A stretch of DNA of 64,000 nucleotides, taken from Isurus oxyrinchus. Its lineage: Eukaryota. Location of the stretch: positions 191,952,001 to 192,016,000 of the forward strand of contig JANJGN010000005.1 in the NCBI GenBank assembly GCA_026770705.1, in the 5' to 3' direction. The stretch's first letter is position 1. Every line of letters starts with the position of its first letter. The notes beneath the pieces were generated by a model. The model saw only the letters and a program-made list of their open reading frames with translations, had not been told where the DNA came from and did not search any database. The position numbers and the translations under genes were made by a program. Shown piece after piece: positions 63,741 to 64,000 of this stretch.

Positions 63741-64000
63741 TTGGAGCTGAGAAGAACCAGCTCATGATCGTAGAGCAAGACAGTAACTGAGATCCCTCGT
63801 CCCTCTTTGATCCTATTTTTCTTTCATTTTCTCTCTGGAGAGACTGCATTCACTGCTTTGAGGATAATGGAGGTTAAGTAGATGGGTATAAAAGACTGAG
63901 GGAGTAATTTTAGAAATCGTACAAATCATAGAAATCAAAGAAATTCATGCCATAGAAAGAGGAGATTCAGCCAAACAGGCAAGCTTTTAACTCAATCAAA

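Overview
Repeat-rich vertebrate genomic DNA, most likely a cartilaginous fish (shark). This is inferred from the mix of CR1-type LINEs, Deu-domain tRNA-SINEs, Penelope-like elements and Harbinger-type TIR elements. Only one intact protein-coding gene is supported: a TMEM74-family gene whose CDS lies in a single exon on the minus strand (57700-56909, 263 aa). It has a probable non-coding first exon near 58.8-59.0 kb and candidate poly(A) signals at 54.4-55.9 kb. The rest is nested, decayed mobile DNA, minisatellites and two assembly gaps. Most notable: (1) a non-autonomous Gypsy LTR element whose RT/RNase H region is replaced by what looks like a captured UACA-like host coiled-coil fragment; (2) Penelope-derived minimal hammerhead ribozyme motifs of two types, including an inverted two-ribozyme cassette flanked by a 14-bp target-site duplication; (3) a 3.8-kb Harbinger-type element with a spliced Myb/SANT gene but no recognisable transposase, alongside a MITE family carrying a three-hairpin core. 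Family names and protein similarities come from recall, not database searches. Repeat boundaries are approximate unless a TSD is quoted.
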